64,000 nt of DNA from an uncultured Bacilli bacterium (lineage in GTDB: Bacteria > Bacillota_I > Bacilli_A > RF39 > UBA660). A model generated the notes under the pieces. The model had not been told where the DNA came from. It did not search any database and saw only the letters and a program-made list of their open reading frames with translations. Positions 59,564 through 64,000 of the stretch are shown here, in pieces; position 1 is the first letter of the stretch, and every line of letters begins with the position of its first letter. Location: the NCBI GenBank assembly GCA_949425575.1, contig CASPVX010000002.1:10309-74308 (forward strand), given 5' to 3'. The position numbers and the translations under genes were made by a program.

Positions 59564-59631
59564 GCCTATCAGCTCCTTAATAATTAGGTCTTATAATATA
59601 TTATTTTAACGTTTTAGTCAAATTTAGGCAC

Positions 59632-59806
59632 AAAAAAAGTCCAAAAGAGAAACCGTAACGATCAAAAACCTGATCTCCCAGGTGGGCATCACATTACAAA
59701 TTTTAGGATTCTCTATTAATAATAGAGCATTCAACACCATTTGTAAATTAGACTCCCAATCGTTATACTTAGTAGGTTTTTCAGAATTGGTATTCTTCTT
59801 TTAGAC
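59632..59806 (-). ncRNA. Candidate stand-alone rod-shaped sRNA (~175 nt), possibly 6S-like
   Basis: An extended -10 promoter (TGGTATAAT, 59813-59821) places the TSS near 59806. The first 18 nt (GTCTAAAAGAAGAATACC) pair with GGTTTCTCTTTTGGAC at the 3' end, which is directly followed by T7. Internal helices are AAAAACCT/AGGTTTTT, TTACAAAT/ATTTGTAA and an apical CTCTATTA/TAATAGAG. There is no ORF. Confidence 0.5.
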
Positions 59807-59863
59807 AATTATATTATACCACAAATTCACTAAAAATATAACTGCTTTACACTAGTTTTTAAC

Positions 59864-60667
59864 CTAATTTTTATACTCATCTAAAAAGCTATGATTTTCT
59901 CTATCTTTTTGGTAAGAAATTATCGTATTAAGGTTTACATTAGATGTTGAGGTAAAAATTGCTTTAGCTGCATCTTTATTATATTTTTCTAATTCTTTTA
60001 TTAGTTTTTTCATTTCACTTCTTTTTCCGCTTTGTTTTTTTGTCACAGAGCAAGCACAATCTATAAATTCTAAGTTATTATAATTTTTAAAATTAATTAT
60101 ATCGGCTTCTCTTACTAAATAAAGTGGTCTTATTAATTCAATATTTTCAAAATTATCACTTTTTAATTTAGGCATCATACTTGAATATGAACCATTATAT
60201 ATTAAATTAAGAAGTATTGTTTCGACAACGTCATCAAAATGATGTCCAAGGGCTATTTTATTACAACCAAGTTTACTAGCATAATCATATAAATAACCTC
60301 TTCTCATTTTGGCACATAAATAGCAAGGACTATCAGCAGTATCTGCTATTTTAAATACTGGTGTTTTAAATATTTTTGCATCAATATTTAATAGTTTTAA
60401 ATTTTCTTTTATTTTATTTAACGTTTCTTTAGTATAACCTGGATCCATAATTATAAATTCTAAATCTATTTTATATACGCCGTGTCTTTGTAATTCTTGC
60501 ATACATTTAGCTAGCAAAAATGAATCTTTACCTCCACTCATGCATACAGCTATTTTATCGTCTGCATCTATTAATTTATAATCTTTTATAGCTTTTATAA
60601 ACTTACTCCATATTTTTTTGCGGTACGTTTTAATTATACTTTTTTCTACTATACGATATTTTTCCAT
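59864..60667 (-). CDS. ttcA: TtcA-family PP-loop ATPase (tRNA 2-thiocytidine-type sulfurtransferase)
   Basis: CMSGGKDS PP-loop, SPCYLCAKMRRG, and a second Cys cluster in DCACS. Confidence 0.7.
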   Translation of the reverse strand: MEKYRIVEKSIIKTYRKKIWSKFIKAIKDYKLIDADDKIAVCMSGGKDSFLLAKCMQELQRHGVYKIDLEFIIMDPGYTKETLNKIKENLKLLNIDAKIFKTPVFKIADTADSPCYLCAKMRRGYLYDYASKLGCNKIALGHHFDDVVETILLNLIYNGSYSSMMPKLKSDNFENIELIRPLYLVREADIINFKNYNNLEFIDCACSVTKKQSGKRSEMKKLIKELEKYNKDAAKAIFTSTSNVNLNTIISYQKDRENHSFLDEYKN

Positions 60668-60822
60668 ACATCTTCGCCTCTTTTGATATTATACATTATT
60701 TTAAAATAAAAAGAAAATTATTTTAAGTTTTCGATTTTTGTTAAATTAGTGTATTTACTAATTATATCTATTTTCTATACATAGTTTTAATCCTTACGTA
60801 TATTCTTCGGCATATAAAAAAA

Positions 60823-60850
60823 TTGACTTATTATTTATAAAATGTATAAT
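60823..60850 (+). promoter_or_regulatory. Sigma-A promoter: TTGACT - 16 nt - (TG)TATAAT
   Basis: TTGACT at 60823-60828 and TGTATAAT at 60843-60850. Confidence 0.6.
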
Positions 60851-60876
60851 AATTCATGCAGAAAAGAGGCGTTTTT

Positions 60877-61530
60877 ATGACTTTAGTAAAGAAAGAAGAT
60901 GTAAAACAAAAAGACCCTTCAGCATATCATCATGGATATCATACTGGATTTATAGATGCCGCAAAAGTATTGGTGGTAGTATTTGAAAATGGTGAGTTTT
61001 ATTATTATAGTGCGGTTGATTTTGGATTGACAAAAGTTCCTGTACAAATAGAAACCATTTCTTTTATTTGTCCTGAAATTTATAAAGTTAGAGATCCTTA
61101 TTTTATTGTTTGTGAAAATTATTATTTACTTGAAACTTTGAATATAGATCATGGTAATGGAGTTTCATTAGGTACGCCTATAGCTTGCCTGTCTCATGAT
61201 GCCTCTAAATATTATGATCCTAGGTGTAAAAACATATATAATGCTAACAATCAAGAAAATGAAAAATTTCAATTGCTTATCCATGTTAACCCTACTATAA
61301 ATAAACTTTATGAATTTATATGTTCATTTGGAATAACTTATTATATTTCTCCTGATGTTGAACAAGCAAGCGTGTTTGAATGCCGTAAATTTATGGAAAA
61401 AAATGCTAAAGCGCTAAATAATTTACATGAATCACTCAAAAGAACCTCTGAGGCAATTGAAAATGAAAATCATTTTACAGGCCCCCAATTAACACTTAAA
61501 CGTGGTCTAGGAATTACAACAATGTATTGA
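60877..61530 (+). CDS. Hypothetical protein
   Basis: The ATG at 60877 follows an AAGAGG RBS, downstream of the predicted promoter. No recognisable motif. The gene is followed by the hairpin AAGTCATT-tcat-AATGGCTT plus a T-run. Confidence 0.5.
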   Translation: MTLVKKEDVKQKDPSAYHHGYHTGFIDAAKVLVVVFENGEFYYYSAVDFGLTKVPVQIETISFICPEIYKVRDPYFIVCENYYLLETLNIDHGNGVSLGTPIACLSHDASKYYDPRCKNIYNANNQENEKFQLLIHVNPTINKLYEFICSFGITYYISPDVEQASVFECRKFMEKNAKALNNLHESLKRTSEAIENENHFTGPQLTLKRGLGITTMY

Positions 61531-61686
61531 TAAATATTTTATAAAAGTCATTTCATAATGGCTTTTTTTATACACAAAAAAGAGGGTTATCCCCCCTATT
61601 ACAATTATTGATTTGCATTCTATTTGATCATAGAAATATTTTCCTACTTTATCACGAATGTCAGATTTTTTTGTTAAATAATTTTT

Positions 61687-63405
61687 TTATTTTAATTTTA
61701 TATTAAGTTCATCTAATTGCTTTTCGCTTACTTTATTAGGTGCTTCTGACATTAAACAAGAAGCACTTGTTGTTTTTGGAAATGCAATTACATCTCTTAT
61801 ATTTTCAGTTCCACATAAAAGCATTGTAAGTCTTTCAAGACCTAGTGCGAGTCCTCCATGAGGTGGAGCCCCAAATGTTAAGGCGTTTAATAAAAACCCA
61901 AATTGTTTATTGGCGTCTTCCAAACTAAACCCTAATGCTTCTAAGACTTTTTCTTGAACTTCTGGTTTATGAATACGAATGCTTCCGCCACCTATTTCAT
62001 AACCATTTAAAACTATATCATAAGCTCTAGCTAATGCATTTTTCTTATCGTTTAATGAATTTACATCTTGTGGGTGTGTAAATGGATGATGACAGGCAAT
62101 ATATCTACCAGCTTCCTCAGAATACTCAAACATTGGAAAATCAGTTACCCAAAGCAAATTAAACTTATTTGCATCTATTAAATTTAAATCTCTGCCCAAT
62201 TTTAGTCTTAAAGCCCCTAGAGAATCTTTAACTATTTTTTCTTCTCCAGCAACTATCAAAATTAGGTCATTTTTTTCTAAAGATAAAATCATTTCTAATT
62301 TTTCTTTTATTTCTTCTGTTATAAATTTAGCAATACTTCCAGTTATTTCCTCATCATATTTTAAGAATGCTAGCGCATTTGCTTTATAAATTTTAACAAA
62401 TTCCTGAAGTTTGTCTATATCTTTTCTAGAATAGGCATCTGCGGCATTTTTAACTACTAGACAGTTAATTATACCATTTGCTTCTATAACGCTTTTAAAT
62501 ACGCTAAAATCAGTATTTAAGAAAGCATCTGTAATGTTCATAATTGGCATATCGAATCTTGTATCTGGTTTATCGCTACCATACATATCCATTGCTTTTC
62601 TGTATGTCATTCTTGGAAATGGTCTAGTAAGCTCTATTCCTTTTACATCTTTAAATATTTTAGAAATTAATCCTTCTGTTAAATTCATAACGTCTTCTTC
62701 GTTTACAAAACTCATCTCTAAGTCTATTTGTGTAAATTCTGGTTGTCTATCAGCTCTTAAGTCCTCATCTCTAAAACATCTAGCAATTTGATAATATCTT
62801 TCAAGTCCACTCATCATAAGTAATTGTTTAAATAATTGTGGAGATTGAGGAAGTGCATAAAACGAACCTTTATTTACTCTAGATGGAACTAAATAATCTC
62901 TAGCTCCTTCTGGTGTTGATTTACATAAAATAGGTGTTTCTATTTCTAGAAAATCATTTTCATTTAAATATGCTCTAGTACTTTGCATAATTTTATGTTT
63001 AGTCATTAAGTTATTTTTTAAATTTTCTTTTCTTAAGTCTAAATATCTATATTTAAGTCTTGTATCTTCTAACGCTGTTGTATTATTTAAATCAAATGGT
63101 AAATCTTTTGATTCATTTAACACTTCTAATTCGCTAACTTCTATTTCAATTTCTCCTGTTTGTAAATTAGGGTTTGCCGTTTCTCTTTTTAAGACTTTTC
63201 CTTTTACTTTAATCACTGATTCATTTTTAAGACTAGAAGCCTTATCATATAGTTTTTCATTAAAAACTAATTGAATTATTCCAGATCTATCTCTTAAATC
63301 AATAAAAATTAAACTACCTAAGTCTCTTTTTTTATTTACCCATCCATATAAAACAACTTCTTCGTCTAAGTTTTTTATATTAATATTTGTATTATTAATT
63401 TTCAT
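61687..63405 (-). CDS. aspS: Aspartate--tRNA ligase
   Basis: An OB-fold N-terminus, FRDEDLRADRQPEFTQID (motif 2), GGGSIR, and GLALGLERL (motif 3). Confidence 0.95.
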   Translation of the reverse strand: MKINNTNINIKNLDEEVVLYGWVNKKRDLGSLIFIDLRDRSGIIQLVFNEKLYDKASSLKNESVIKVKGKVLKRETANPNLQTGEIEIEVSELEVLNESKDLPFDLNNTTALEDTRLKYRYLDLRKENLKNNLMTKHKIMQSTRAYLNENDFLEIETPILCKSTPEGARDYLVPSRVNKGSFYALPQSPQLFKQLLMMSGLERYYQIARCFRDEDLRADRQPEFTQIDLEMSFVNEEDVMNLTEGLISKIFKDVKGIELTRPFPRMTYRKAMDMYGSDKPDTRFDMPIMNITDAFLNTDFSVFKSVIEANGIINCLVVKNAADAYSRKDIDKLQEFVKIYKANALAFLKYDEEITGSIAKFITEEIKEKLEMILSLEKNDLILIVAGEEKIVKDSLGALRLKLGRDLNLIDANKFNLLWVTDFPMFEYSEEAGRYIACHHPFTHPQDVNSLNDKKNALARAYDIVLNGYEIGGGSIRIHKPEVQEKVLEALGFSLEDANKQFGFLLNALTFGAPPHGGLALGLERLTMLLCGTENIRDVIAFPKTTSASCLMSEAPNKVSEKQLDELNIKLK

Positions 63406-64000
63406 TATATCCCTCTAACTTCTTATCTAAAAAATCTATCATTTCATTTAAAGAAATTTTAAATCCTTCTTTTGTTTTATTATCTTTTATAGTTACATAT
63501 TCATTTTTAATTTCATCTTCGCCTATAATTATAATAAATTTAGCGTCTAATTTATCGGCTCTAGAAAAGTTGTTTTTCATATTTCTTGATGTATAATCCA
63601 TATCAACATCAAAACCATTTAATCTTAAAGTATTAACTAAGCTGATTAAATAATCTTTTTCATTTTCACTAGTAGCAAATGCATAAATATCTAAAGTTTT
63701 TTCTTCTCTTAAATCGATTTCTTTTTCTTTTAATGCTAAAAATAGTCTATCAACACCTACTGCAAATCCAACACCAGGAACACTTGGGCCTCCTAGATTT
63801 TGAATCAAATTATTATATCTTCCACCTGCACCTAATACATTTTGGCTTCCCTTAATATCTGCTTCTACTTCAAAAACAGTATTAGTATAATAATCTAGTC
63901 CTCTTACTATTCTAGGGTTAACATCAAAATCAATATTCATATCGCTTAAATACTTTTGAACAAGTTCAAAATGCTTTTTACTTTCTTCTGTTAAATAATC
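63395..64000 (-). CDS. hisS: Histidine--tRNA ligase, C-terminal part (5' end lies beyond the window)
   Basis: The frame is open to base 64000. Motifs: VRGLDYYT, GAGGRYNNL and GFAVGVDRL, plus an anticodon-binding domain. It overlaps the aspS start by 11 nt. Confidence 0.9.
   Translation of the reverse strand, partial: DYLTEESKKHFELVQKYLSDMNIDFDVNPRIVRGLDYYTNTVFEVEADIKGSQNVLGAGGRYNNLIQNLGGPSVPGVGFAVGVDRLFLALKEKEIDLREEKTLDIYAFATSENEKDYLISLVNTLRLNGFDVDMDYTSRNMKNNFSRADKLDAKFIIIIGEDEIKNEYVTIKDNKTKEGFKISLNEMIDFLDKKLEGYNEN

Overview
Very AT-rich chromosomal segment from an endospore-forming Firmicute. Sporulation genes present are spoIVB, spoIIM, spoIIGA-sigE, sigG and ylmC/ymxH. No transposase, integrase, phage gene or CRISPR array was recognised. 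Bases 1-13.2 kb carry a cell-surface glycan locus: a lectin-GH25 lysozyme, a split Alg14/Alg13-type glycosyltransferase, a Stealth phosphotransferase, Wzx, three GT2, one GT4, a Wzy-like protein and two tandem GT-C-like paralogs. Housekeeping and envelope genes follow (rbr, dedA, a split OatA-like pair, mnmA, an LtaS-like gene). At 22.7 kb every gene switches from the + strand to almost exclusively the - strand. A 28-bp sequence closely matching known dif sites sits exactly at that switch, with xerD 3.4 kb away, so this is probably the replication terminus. The right-hand part encodes zupT, xerD, rarA, holA, uppP, queH, recD2, mtaB, proS, pyrG, trxA, cvpA, rnhC, ttcA, aspS and hisS. Main points of interest: (1) the dif candidate with an adjacent AT-rich orphan block; (2) a 4.7-kb insertion between sigE and sigG carrying a BclA-like collagen protein translationally coupled to a GT-TPR enzyme; (3) a promoter-to-terminator rod-shaped sRNA of about 175 nt, possibly 6S-like; (4) a pyrG leader terminator; (5) an A8 tract that splits an LtaS-like gene; (6) several lineage-specific membrane proteins with internal duplications. 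I did not recognise a clear-cut novel multi-gene system. All functional calls rest on motif recognition by eye and need HMM or BLAST confirmation.
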